A stretch of DNA of 63,093 nucleotides, the filler included, from Octopus bimaculoides (taxonomy: Eukaryota), in the NCBI RefSeq assembly GCF_001194135.2. It is 3 parts of 2 records of this genome, joined end to end, with 100 filler letters (N's around TTAATTAATTAA, not from the genome) between each part and the next. Parts side by side here need not be neighbours in the genome. Positions count along the whole stretch, not along the records: positions 14,455 to 41,089 come from NC_068982.1; positions 41,190 to 63,093 come from NC_068982.1; 1 more part is not named here. One strand, given 5' to 3'. Shown piece after piece: positions 37,660 to 50,389 of the stretch (position 1 is its first letter; the number at the start of each line of letters is the position of its first letter). The translations under genes and the position numbers were made by a program. The notes beneath the pieces were generated by a model, which was given only the letters and a program-made list of their open reading frames with translations, was not told the DNA's origin and made no database searches.

Positions 37660-39100
37660 AGGCATGGCTGTGTGGTTAGGAAGCTTGCTTCCCAACCATG
37701 TGGCTTTGGGTTTAGTCCACTGTGCGGCACCTTTGGCAAGTGTTTTCGATTCTTTGAAGTGTTGTGGTTATATGACAGTTTTCCCATTTCTTTATATGGT
37801 TCTTTGCATTTTTATTGATCTCTGCAAGGTCTTTAGAGCTGCAGGAGTTGGGTAGTGTGGGCAGACAAGGTAGTGCTCCATATTATGGTCTCCTTCTTCA
37901 CATTCAGAATTAGTTGGGCTGACAAAAACAACTTTTAATTGTCCTGTTCTTCTCATATGGTTGAGTGTTTTCCACTGAATCCAGAAGGGATGTTTTCAGT
38001 AGTAGGGGGATTCCNNNNNNNNNNNNNNNNNNNNNNNNNNNNNNNNNNNNNNNNNNNNNNNNNNNNNNNNNNNNNNNNNNNNNNNNNNNNNNNNNNNNNN
38101 NNNNNNNNNNNNNNNNNNNNNNNNNNNNNNNNNNNNNNNNNNNNNNNNNNNNNNNNNNNNNNNNNNNNNNNNNNNNNNNNNNNNNNNNNNNNNNNNNNNN
38201 NNNNNNNNNNNNNNNNNNNNNNNNNNNNNNNNNNNNNNNNNNNNNNNNNNNNNNNNNNNNNNNNNNNNNNNNNNNNNNNNNNNNNNNNNNNNNNNNNNNN
38301 NNNNNNNNNNNNNNNNNNNNNNNNNNNNNNNNNNNNNNNNNNNNNNNNNNNNNNNNNNNNNNNNNNNNNNNNNNNNNNNNNNNNNNNNNNNNNNNNNNNN
38401 NNNNNNNNNNNNNNNNNNNNNNNNNNNNNNNNNNNNNNNNNNNNNNNNNNNNNNNNNNNNNNNNNNNNNNNNNNNNNNNNNNNNNNNNNNNNNNNNNNNN
38501 NNNNNNNNNNNNNNNNNNNNNNNNNNNNNNNNNNNNNNNNNNNNNNNNNNNNNNNNNNNNNNNNNNNNNNNNNNNNNNNNNNNNNNNNNNNNNNNNNNNN
38601 NNNNNNNNNNNNNNNNNNNNNNNNNNNNNNNNNNNNNNNNNNNNNNNNNNNNNNNNNNNNNNNNNNNNNNNNCAGTTCACTGGATTCTATGTTACATTTT
38701 CAGAATGTAACTTTCGATGTTGCTACAGGCACCAATCTGGTTTTTAGTAAGTTGCAAAAGATATGGTATTTGAATAACATTTAGGTTAACCCTTTAGCAT
38801 TTAAACCAGCCATATCCGACCCAAAGATTGTACCTATTTTATGCTCAGACCAGCCAGATCTGGCTTTTCACACCTATCATACTATGTTATAAAAATAAAC
38901 AATCACAGCATTAAAATCTTGACACTATGAGATAATGCATGATTAATTCAAAACAATGTGAACAAATAAGCAATACATTTGACAGAGTAGTCTGAATGCT
39001 AAAGGGTTCAATTCTCCTCTTCTGACCAATGTAGATTTAGTTGATGGAAAATGGAAGAAGCCTGTCATGTATATACATGTGTGTGGGTGGGTGAGTGGTT
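37660..39100 (+). mobile_element. SINE split by a ~1.3-kb insert (head 37660-37747, continuation 39024-39100)
   Basis: The head ends at GGCAAGTGTTTTC and the consensus resumes at GACCAA..TGTAGATTTAGTTGATGGAAAATGGAAGAAGCC. Confidence 0.75.
37744..39023 (+). repeat. Near-identical direct duplicate of 23514-24607
   Basis: 23521-23784 equals 37751-38014 (264 nt). 24257-24607 equals 38673-39023 (351 nt, one mismatch seen). Each copy contains an internal gap. Confidence 0.93.
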
Positions 39101-39257
39101 GTTTGGGTGTACCTTAGACTCGATATCATGTGATGGTTGTAAACTAGCATCACTGTCTTCTATGAAAAAGCATGTCTGGGTATTGGGATTATCCAGGGTT
39201 GGTGACTGGAAGGGTATCGGGCCAGAGAAAATCTGGCTCAACAAATTCTATCTAACC

Positions 39258-39508
39258 CAGTGGTTCTCAGCCAAGGTCCATATGACCTTCAAGAATCCAT
39301 ATAAGATTTTGTTGTTAAATTTTCTGTGTAATAAATTGGTTTCACCTCTATAATACATAGAATATTTTAACAATTTTCATACAGTTCCTAATGATATTTA
39401 ATTATAAAGATATTATAGGACTTTATAGACTGAATGCCTATGAGGGTCTACTTTAGTAAAATAGGAATCAAAGGGGACCATAGGTAAAAAAATGGATGAA
39501 GACCATTG
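39258..39508. mobile_element. hAT (Buster-type) MITE
   Basis: TIRs CAGTGGTTCTCAGCC / GGATGAAGACCATTG; 8-bp TSD ATCTAACC/GTCTAACC with central TA. Confidence 0.8.
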
Positions 39509-41089
39509 GTCTAACCCAAGCAAGCATAGAAAAATGGAGATTAAAATGATGATGATGTTGCTACTTTTACAAATGAATTACAAATGATGATTTTTCTTCA
39601 TTCAAAGAAAACTGCTGCATACCCTCATACAAAATTTTTACACATGGAATGCTTTATAAACTTAATTTTTATGTTTATATGATGATGATGAATAAGGAAC
39701 AAAGCTTGTTCATTTTTTTTTCTTCATAGTTTAAAAAGTTTCACTCATATTTAAAAAAGAAATGAAAAGAAACCTCATAATCATATCCCTGTTGAATATT
39801 ATGATATCTGGCATGTTTAAAATACATTCATTTTATTATTTTTTTTTATAACTGCATGTGCTTGCAAAATGTTTTCTCTTCCGCTATTCATTTCCAAAAT
39901 CATACTTCTGTAAACTCCTAATTCCCTTAGGCTGCTTAGAATATAGATCTATCTAGCCATTTGAAAGAAACTGAATGTGGCTGTTCTCTACTGTAAAGAA
40001 CCACATTTCTTTAAATACACAGCTGGTAGGAAATGTTACATTAGAAATTTGTGTTTACTTGTAGGTAGTCAAGCAGTAAAGATAACTTGTTTAAAATATT
40101 GTTAAATTACATGGAGGTCTAGCCTTAACTTAGGTGTTGCAAATAACCTTCAGAGAATTTTTTTTGGCATTTACCTTGTGTTGATATATGTTTATATCTT
40201 GTGATTGAGGAACTAAATGAATGAGGTAATTTGTCATTTTGATTTTTATCATAATAATCTCTTCAAATATGTAAAAACAACTGATTACAAAAAACAAACC
40301 TACTCTTTTGCCTTTGTTTATGAATGAAACCAATTAGTTTGCTGATGAGATGCAGGCATGGCTATATAGTTAAGAAGTTTGCATCCCAGTCATGTTTTGG
40401 TTTCAGTCTTTCTGTGTGGCACCTTGTGCAGGTGTCTCCTACTAAAACCCTGGTCTGACCAATGGTTTGTGAGTAAATTTGGTTGACAAAAACTGTGGAA
40501 ATCTAATGTGTGTGGTGTGCTTGTTTATATTTATGCTTCTACAAAACTTCTGCAGTTTTGTCCCTTTGAAAGCATGTAGAACAAAATACCTCTTACTTGA
40601 AAAACAGATAAGAGTATCCAACTCTAAAACAATGGCTTGATATATTTGTCTGACCCAAGCTAGCCTGAAAAAATAAATGTTAAGAATGACTGAAACATAA
40701 CGGATGAATGGTTAATATTTAAAATGAGTTAAATGCTTAAATAAAATGTACAAGTTTATTAGCATCAATATTGAGAAGTCATGCAATTGACGAGAACAAT
40801 AACTCCCTACTACAGTACTGAAATATGTTGACAATAGCTGTATCACTAGTCTGAGTCACTGCTTTACATTGAGGTTTGTATGATTTAACCATAAAGAATG
40901 AAAGGTGTTAAACTATACTGTATGATTTGAAATCTCACTTTTCCTACAATGTTTTTTGCCACCCCACCTTCTAGCTCAGTCACACTTGCTGAATTAAGAA
41001 GAATCAATACTTAGTAGTGAAGCCTTTATCCATAATCTGATTTAAATCTAGAATTCTAGAAGTTTGATATATATATATATATATATATA

Positions 41090-41189
41090 NNNNNNNNNNN
41101 NNNNNNNNNNNNNNNNNNNNNNNNNNNNNNNNNTTAATTAATTAANNNNNNNNNNNNNNNNNNNNNNNNNNNNNNNNNNNNNNNNNNNN
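41090..41189. other. Artificial 100-bp scaffold-join linker (N44-TTAATTAATTAA-N44)
   Basis: Identical layout to 14355-14454. Confidence 0.93.
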
Positions 41190-41224
<35 letters not shown>

Positions 41225-42224
41225 GCACACACAGACACACACACACACACACACACACAGACACACACACAGACACACACACGCACGCACACACACACAC
41301 ACACACACACTTGTACGTATATGTATACCTTATAATGTAACCATAAAAATTGTCTAATACAGTCACACAAGCTACGAATATATATGTGTGTGAGCATAAA
41401 ATACATTATGTATAGATAACCCTATAATATCAACTTATTCCTTTGAGATATGTGGTATTACGAGATTTCGTTGTTTATACTCAGCATGTTACTAACCACA
41501 GTCATGGAACATCTGGCCATCATGTTAGTCATTGTGTTTATATTCCTAATACGACAGTGTTTCAGTTTTTACTGGGAGGTTTGTTTTCAAATTACATGCA
41601 GAGAGTAACAGATTTTTTTCATAATACCGTAATTTTATATCGTTAAATCATTATACGTATACGAAACGTCGTAACTTTCAGCGTTGGCTATGAACTCTAG
41701 AGAAATTCTGTAGAGATAAACATAACAATGTCAGATCAATATGCAAATCATTCATTTCAAGATGTTTCTGAATTTTTATCGTTACCGAATAATACTTGAG
41801 AGCGATTGTAGAGATTTATTTATTAAATCCAAATAAATATGCGGGCTTCAATGATTATCAAGAGGATCAGCACATCGTATTTAATAATGAAATTCATGAG
41901 ATCAATATCTTCTAAAATATATAGAATAATTTTTTTATACATAAAGCACAGTGCTCAGACATATTTATGTAAGCAAATTATTAACAGTTATGTAAAAAAA
42001 GAGAAAACGATCCTTTAAAAAAGTCTGGTAGAAAAGCTCCTTTCGTGTTATGTGTTTTACTATATCCTTCTTGTTGGCTTGAGCCCAACAGACGGGTGTT
42101 TCAGATAAGCATTCTACTAAACTCACTCATTACGAACCAAACAGGAATCTTCACATGCACACTCGATTCCAAAACGAAAAACATATTAAGTACCTAAGTC
42201 CCTAGATAAATGATAAAATATTCG

Positions 42225-42435
42225 AAAGCAGTGAGCTACTGGCTGAATCGTTACTGTCTCGGACACAATACTGAGTGATATTGCTTCCAGCACTTTCCCC
42301 TCTCAGTTCAAATCCGCCGAGGTCAATTTTGCCTTCATCTTTCCGGGGACGATAAAGGAATGTAATAGAGTTCATATGACCGACTTGCTTCATCCCCTCA
42401 AAGATTGCTAGCCTTGTGCCAAAATTAGAAAGAAT
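42225..42435 (+). mobile_element. tRNA-derived SINE with CORE-like domain
   Basis: B-box-like CAGTTCAAATCC, GAGGTCAATTTTGCCTTCATC..GATAAA, and tail GCCTTGTGCCAAAATTAGAAAG. Confidence 0.65.
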
Positions 42436-42679
42436 AGATTATGAATTGCTCGAATTGTTTTAAAACTAATCATTGCAATGGAGTTATTCATTTCATTAGC
42501 ATTACGCTAAGTTAAAAAACAAATTTATTAGAGATACACACAAACATGCGCGCGAGCATTTAAAACTACAAATTCATGTGAACGCATAAGACTCCCTGAC
42601 TTCACAAAACACTGGCCACTGCGTTCTGTGAAATTATTGGCACGGGAGGACGTCACATACATACATACATACATACATA

Positions 42680-43090
42680 TTCTTTTATTTCTTTTAGTTA
42701 TTTCAGTCATTTTGACTGCAGCCATGCTGGAGCACAGCCTTAGAGGGATTTCAGTCAAAGCAATCGACCCCAGGACTTATTCTTGGTAAGCCTATTACCT
42801 ATGCTATCGGACTCCTTTGCTTAACCGCTAAGTTACGAGGACGTAAACACACTAAAATCAGTTGTCAGGCGATGGTGGGGGGAAAACACAGACTCAAAGA
42901 CACACATAAATATATACTTGTAATATATATACGACGGGCTTCTTTCAGTTCTCGTCTATTAAATCTACTCACAAGGCTTTGGTCAGCCTGAGTAGAAGAC
43001 ACTTGCTGAAGGTGCCCCGCAGAGGGACTGAATCCACAAGCATGTGGTTGGGAAGCAAGCTTCCTACCATACAGCCACACCTGCGCCTAT
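42680..43090 (-). mobile_element. Octopus-type SINE (full head and tail)
   Basis: Same family as 13524-13927. Further tail fragments lie at 43150-43270 (-), 43290-43515 (+) and 62990-63093 (-). Confidence 0.8.
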
Positions 43091-44142
43091 ATATATATAT
43101 ATATATATATATAGTTACGGTCATTAGATTGCTGCCATGCAGAGGTACTGCATGTCGGACAAATCGACCCCAATTCTTCTTTTTAGAATTTAGTACTTAT
43201 TATGTGGTTTTCTTTTTGCTGAACCGCTAGGTTATGGGGACGTAAACAAACCAGCACTGGCTGTCATGTGGTAGTGGTTGACAAACATATGTGTGTGTGT
43301 TTGTGTCTTTGTGTTTCTGTTTGCCTCATGATCATCGCCTGACAACCGTTTTCGGTTTCTTTACATCTTTGTAGCATTGGCGGTTCGGCAAAAGATATCG
43401 ACAGAATAAGTATCAGACTTTTAAAAAATAAGTACTGGGGTTGATTTGTTCGATTAAATCTTTCGAGACAGTGCTCCAGCTTGGTCGCAGTCTAACGACT
43501 AAAACAAGGAAAAGAAAAAAGATATACTCTAAATTGGTCACGGATAGCAGCACTTGTTTGCTTTCGGAAATACTACCATTCTACTTATAGAGTAGCCATC
43601 AATTGAGTATCAACGTGGCCTTTCGACCTGCTAGTAATAGCAACTAAATCCATCGGAAATAGTATCTAATATTTTTAAAAATGGAAAAAAGATATAATAT
43701 ATTCGATAAATTTATTGGAAACAAAAATCGGGAAGAAATACTGAAGCTGAAAGATCTGTATCATCGGCAAGAAAATAACAATTGTTTCCTTTCCTTTTCA
43801 GCTAAGTTCACTTTTATCATACATTTACAATTGAAAATTTCATGCTTTGTTTTTGTCGAGCACCAGGTCAGCTTTAAGAAAGCATATTGATCAAAAGTAT
43901 TCTGATAATGGTCATCCTATCTTTTGCCCGCCAGATATATGCCAAGAACTACAATATATATGCCCGCCCTTTGTTAATACAGCAAGATGAAATTTGAGAG
44001 AGATTAGGCTTGGTTATTATTTCTCGTAATTTTGGAGACCATGTAGAGACTCATTCTTTAGTTCATATGACTTCTCGTATTATTCGTATGTCTGCTAAAT
44101 TACCGAAACTTCTGTAATTCAGTATTTAATATCTCCTCTGAT

Positions 44143-44523
44143 GTTGTTGGCACTCCGTCGCTTACGACGTCGAGGGTTCCAGTTGATCCGATCAACGGAA
44201 CAGCCAGCCAGCTTGTGAAATTAATGTGCAAGTGGCTGAGCACACCACAGACACGTGTACCCTTAACGTAGTTCTCGGGGATATTCAGCATGACACAGTG
44301 TGACAAAGCTGACCCTTTGAATTACAGACACAACAGGAAGTAAGAGTGAGAGAAAGTTGTGGTGAAAGAGTACAGCAGGGTTCGCCACCATCCCCTGCTG
44401 GAGCCTCGTGGAGCTTTAGGTGTTTCGCTCAATAAACAATCACAACGCCCGGTCTGAGAATCGAAACCGCGATCCTATGACCGCGAGTCCGCTGCCCTAA
44501 CCACTGGGCCATTGCGCCTCCAC
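44143..44523 (-). mobile_element. Complete tRNA-derived SINE with 12-bp target-site duplication
   Basis: Head GGAGGCGCAATGGCCCAGTGGTTAGGGCAGCGGACTCGCGGTCATAGGATCGCGGTTTCGATTC (A and B boxes), short (AAC) tail, and TSD ATCTCCTCTGAT at 44131-44142 and 44524-44535. A partial copy is at ~51575-51730. Confidence 0.9.
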
Positions 44524-45450
44524 ATCTCCTCTGATAGAGTTACAAAAAATTATAGTTTGATTATATTATATATTTTCTTTCTCACTATTTTGTTAATTAT
44601 AATTTTCCTAATAAAGAACCATAGTGCTGGTAACTTCGTGTTATAGTCATTCTCTTTTAAGACTGACTCTTTCATACTTTTACAATATCTGTTAAAAACA
44701 TTACGTCTCTCACGTTGAATGTGAATAAAAAGCAACAAAAAAATTAAAAGATGGTGGTAAGATAACTTTTTCATTGATTCTATCTTCAGTTCAAAATAAT
44801 GTTTTCAATGAAGTTTCAAATAAAATGAATAAAAAGGAAAAAGATTTCATTGAGTAATGAAAAAAGAAACATCTGTTTCTTCTACGATGAGATTATTTCC
44901 CGATGAAAATATTTACAACTGTTTACGCTTTATACTTCACGAATATAATTTTATTGCTAACGTTCTTCAGCCGACTTACTACCTCTCAGAGAACTTTCTT
45001 AGACATCTCCGAGAAAAATAAACAGACGATGTATCGTTAAATCTTGTATATGTTATCTCCCGAAAAATCTTCTGTTATTAATTTGTGATGTAACGTAGAA
45101 GTCAATATAACGGTTAGCTAAAGTCAAATAAATAACGAATTTCAGAATATTCTCGATTCTTTGTTTAATGATACCTAATTTATAGACTCAACTAGAAATA
45201 ATAAACTTCATGAATGCCGATAGTGTTCTCTTCAATAGAAACACTCGAACATTTGATACTTTTCACGCTAAGTGGAATGAAATAGCTTTAACTAAGAAGG
45301 AAAATCGCTTTGCAAACACAGCATATGAAGAGTTTAACTCTATAATCTCTATTTAATAATAGTCGATATAAATGCTGGTTGTTTGGTTGGTTGATTCTTT
45401 AGAGAAGGATGGGGAAAGAGTAAAAGCGAGATACTTATAGAATTAAGATA

Positions 45451-45935
45451 CGAGGTGCGGGATACGTGAGCATGCTAGATATTGAGTAAAGGAACGATAT
45501 ACACATGGATTACCTTTTTGTCTCTGGTTCAAAGTGATGAGCCCATCCTGGTTTAGGAAACATTCAAGGAAACCAGCTGGATCTGACTCAAACAATGTCA
45601 GATTTTCCGGTGATGTGATCAACCCGGTGAACCTTTGATCACGTGTTAGAAACATGGCATCCACCGAGCAGAAACTGTTGTCATGCCAAGATCGCTGTGC
45701 AGGATATTCCCAACACTCATGAGATATGCTAATAGCATTGGCTATTTGATTTATAGTCAATCGTCTGTCATCCATCAGCATGTGGTGAACACGATCAATG
45801 TTTCCCTCAGTGGTGACAGTTGCAGGACGTCCTGAGCTTGGGTCATCTTCAAGACTCTCCCTTCCCCTCCTAAATTCAGCCGCCCACTTTTGCACCGCTG
45901 ATAAAGCTGGGGCATGAATGTCGTTGGGTTTAAAC
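45451..45935 (-). mobile_element. Mariner transposase N-terminal relic
   Basis: QKWAAEFRRGRESLEDDPSSGRPATVTTEGNIDRVHHMLMDDRRLTINQIA. Confidence 0.85.
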
Positions 45936-46161
45936 CCTTTTACAGCAGGTACTTGTTAACACCATAATGCTAAATTTTGTCCATTTTCAAGAGAAGTAGC
46001 TACTAGTTATTTTCGAAGTCTTCTTCGAGCAGTCAGATATCAGTTTACCTGGAAAGAAATAATGCAGTTATTAATGAGATGCTTTGAAATTAATGCTTGC
46101 AATATTTTACAGCTCTAGCATCACTCCCTCATAGTCAGCCTATGAACTTTTCAGCCCACTC

Positions 46162-46318
<157 letters not shown>

Positions 46319-48749
46319 GATTTGATTACAGCCTTATGAAAAATTTCTTACAATCATGTCTACTTATATCTGTCTGTTTTGTTTTTCTGCTCTGTCATCC
46401 CAGGTGTTTTTGATACAAGTTTTATTAACGTGTTTCTAAGCAAACGTTCTGAAAATACCATGAAATGCATTTTTTTTATATGCAGAATTTTCTTAAATAT
46501 TTTACTATGCAACGTCTATATAGATAAGATGGTATTTTAGCCTGCTTAGTTTCTCATGATATGCGAAATATTTGGGTCAAAAAGGAGAGTCTCTCAGTGA
46601 TGTATTTGTCCCATTTTCTATTCGAGTCCTTCATAGTTCTTGTTTTTGTTTGTTTCTGTGAGCTATTTCTTTCGTTTGTCTGTGTGTGTTTGTACATGTG
46701 TGTGTGTGTGTGTGTTATTTTCATTTTTGACAAACAAAACTGTTATTAAATATATAATATTTCACCAGTTAACTATGTAGAAAGTATCTGTAAGTCTAAA
46801 TATGATATATAAAAAAAAAAAAGAAAAAGAGTGATAAATGTGTAAACTTGTTTGCTCCTATGTTTCTGAACAGGTAATTAAAGAGAAGTGTACGTTCACT
46901 CAGTCAAATAAATTACACCGTAGATTACTGCGAACATTTGTAATGCAGACGACATTTTATGTTGTTTAGTATTTTAGGAAGGCAAAGAAAATGCCTTACA
47001 TCAAAACAAGCTGAACACTATGTTTCAAGGGAGAAATTAGTGTTTAAATATTAGTGAAACTGAATAAAGAATACAGTATGAATTCAAACATTCTGAAGGT
47101 ATTAATTATGAGAAGTAACATTTGAAATAGCAGGTAAACAGTAAAACAAGATGCGTTCGTACTAATCATTAAACAGCAGATTTTTCAGCAACCTAAAATG
47201 ATACTTCAGTTTTCTTTTCTCTTCTCATTTGCATCCCAATAACAGAGGATAAATTTATCTGGACTCGTGTGTAATAAGTTTAATAGCGAGTAGATATTTG
47301 CACGTTAGCCATTTTATGCAAACCCATAAAAAGAATCAGGGCCTCAAGATAACAGGGAATAATGATCCTGAAGCTAAGTACTTCTGGAGCTGGTTTTTCG
47401 TCTCCTTTACTGCGTCTGTTCAAAGAACAGAACAGAAAACTGCAAATGAATTAAACATTTATTGCACATATATCCCCGATTATCAGTTTCATTCATCACT
47501 GATTTGGATAACACAGTTCACTAATCGTTAACTTTATTTACCATAATCACACTTAATCGGTGACTAGTAAAAAATTCCTCTTGGATCGCAAAAGCGCACA
47601 TCAGCGACCATCTACAATGCTCAAGATAACAAGGATCTCCAGAACGAAATCTATTTTCTGCCATTTATTGTATCACTGATTCAAGAGTGGAAACAAACAC
47701 CCTTGATAAACGAGTATAAATGTACAATACTCCCGTAGAATAACTACACTGAACTTTAATTCTCTCATGGACTCGTGTGTAATAAGTTTAATCACGAATA
47801 GATACTAGCACGTTAGCTATTTTATGCAAATTCATAAAAAGATTCAGGGCCCCAAGACAAATGGGAATTATTATCTTTGATAAACGAAGATAAATGTACA
47901 ATATTCCCGTAGATAACTACACTGAATTTTAATTTTCTCATCACATGAATGAGAATTGTGATAGCATGTTAAATTTAGTGATGGACATTGCACAGTTAAA
48001 GAAACGTATACGTTTTCGACTTTTAACAATCTGTTAATCTTTCAATTCGATCATCTACATTCACAAAATTTCCTTCTTGGTGTTTGCCACAGCTCTTCTT
48101 AGATTGATGATGGAGGAATGCGTTAAAGTATTTATGACATCTCCAAATTATGGAGAGCGTAGCACAAACCATAGAGTACAAATTATTTATTGTAGGTAAC
48201 GTAGAGAATAGTGTACCATAAATATTGTTTCATATTGCAAAAATAATGTAACATAAATATTTAGCTGTATATTACAGAACTCCAGACATACAGTATATTA
48301 TATGTAATGATATAACAATCGTAAAAAAAAAAGGTGTATAGGTGTGCGTTTGAGTCGAGAAGTGGTGAGAGACATATATATGCGTATATGTATTTAGGTA
48401 CGTTCATACTTCCATAGTTCCACTTGTTGAGTTAATCATATTTGATATACCAATTTAGATCGACTACATTTTCAACCGTCTAGCGATTGAGTAAAGTGCA
48501 ACTATATCTTAATGACCTTTCATATATGCGCCTGCCGGTTAAAATGTTAGTAAACCGGCCCCCTTCACACACACACACGTAACCTATGTTGCAGATATAC
48601 GAACACGGTTAATTTAGCTATTTCTCAGCAGATTGAATAAATGATGAACAACCTTAATTGGTTTCGAACCCTATCATGTTCCCATCAGAAGTCTCTGCAT
48701 CATTTTGACCAGTATCACATAAAAACATATGCGCGCGTGTATGTGTATT

Positions 48750-48960
48750 ATTAGGTCGTCAAGTATGAAATTTGTAGAAAAGAAAAAAAGTTACCAAAAG
48801 TTTTATAAATACAAGAAATAGTTTTGTTCATCAAAGTATGCACCCATATTGTCAATACACTGTTGCCATTTCAGTGGTAGCTTGCCCAGCCCGGAACTGT
48901 AAAAGCCTGGCAATCTAGAGTCAATAAAATCTTGGAAGGCCTGTTTTATAACATCGTCGG
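48750..48960 (-). mobile_element. Mariner 3' end relic
   Basis: DDVIKQAFQDFIDSRLPGFYSSGLGKLPLKWQQCIDNMGAYFDE on the minus strand; TIR-like TATTAGGTCGTCAAGTATGAAA. Confidence 0.75.
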
Positions 48961-48984
48961 AATGTGTGTGTGTGTGTGTGTGTT

Positions 48985-49124
48985 AAATTTAAATATAATT
49001 CGAGTAAAAACCTCGTAATGCGCATTTAATAGCGGTTATGCCATTATTTGACAACCACATGTTATCCTACACTAGGGTGTATTCTAGGGCTGGATACACA
49101 TGCGGAACTCCTCTTTATATAAGA
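48985..49124 (-). mobile_element. Possible Helitron-like 5' end
   Basis: Minus strand begins A|TCTTATATAAAGAGGAG; no 3' hairpin identified. Confidence 0.3.
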
Positions 49125-50344
49125 TTAATACAGGAATAATATAACACAAGGATGGAGGAGGAAAACAGGCTTTATTAATAGATCACAGCATTTGTTTCTG
49201 CACCGCACACCAGCATTAACTTAAGTTGGTGAGGTAATATTCATATACCATTATACAAGATTGCTTTTTTAATAATTACTATATAGTTGAATATTTGTCA
49301 GCAACAGACGTATGTAAGCGCTTCATCGGGTGGAATTCAAAAGAATATAATATTCTTATTCTTTTGAGAATATTTCAATAATATTTAAGAGGCGCAACTC
49401 TTTCTCTTTTGAACTCTCTTTCCTTGTCACAAATTTATTGAAGCTTACTGAGTAAAGGTTTAACAACAGGTTAAACAAATTTTAGTGACTTCTTTTTATA
49501 ATATTAACATCTGCATGAGAAGTTTAGACAATCGGTTGTTTGGGCTACACCCAAATATATGTCACTCGCAAATATAAATCCCAAAATAAGAGTTGTAATA
49601 GATAATTCAGTTCAAACTGCATATATTTATGTATTTATAACAAGGTTACTTGTAAAAGTAAGATAAAACCGCAAGCTATTAGTATATGTTTCTGTCAGTG
49701 ATTGACTGTGAATAGAAATATATATGTGTGTAGCATACGTATTTATTTGCATGTATACATTTACTCAAAGAGATAAAAAGAGACAGAGAGACGTATATAA
49801 ATATAACTTCACATGTAATTATTAGACATATGGCCTTTCGCAAATATTTATGCATGCAATCCAGTGCAACTTTATAGCTCATAAATCAGAGCAAGTACTT
49901 AACTATATGCGAAATCTAAATGTGTTTTAACATTATTTACTTTTGATTATTATATATAATTATAAAGCGGTGAACTGTAAGAACGTCAGATAGATTGCCT
50001 TGCTGTTGTTCTTTCTATATCTCTACGTTCGTGGCTCAAGTCATGCCGAAAGCACTGCTTTCATTCTTTCGACTCGATAAAATTCAAGTTCTGTACTTAT
50101 CTTTCTCTTTCCTTTCAAGGAAGAAATCGACTGGAAAGGGATGGGCGCTGCCAAGGTCTAAAATGCTCAAGGCGAGCAAGGTCTTGTGGCAGCACTCCTA
50201 GGGTTCTATCAGGAGGTGAGGGCTCGAGTTAATGTCAGAGCAATAATACAATAGATCAACGTTTTTCCTCCCTTCAATACTTGTTATGCATCCATCATTT
50301 TTAGAGGCATGCATACTACCGTGTATATATATATATATACATAC

Positions 50345-50389
<45 letters not shown>

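Noticed and set aside
44430-44523. tRNA gene
   Set aside because: It is the tRNA-derived head of a SINE, continuous with the SINE body and bounded by a TSD.
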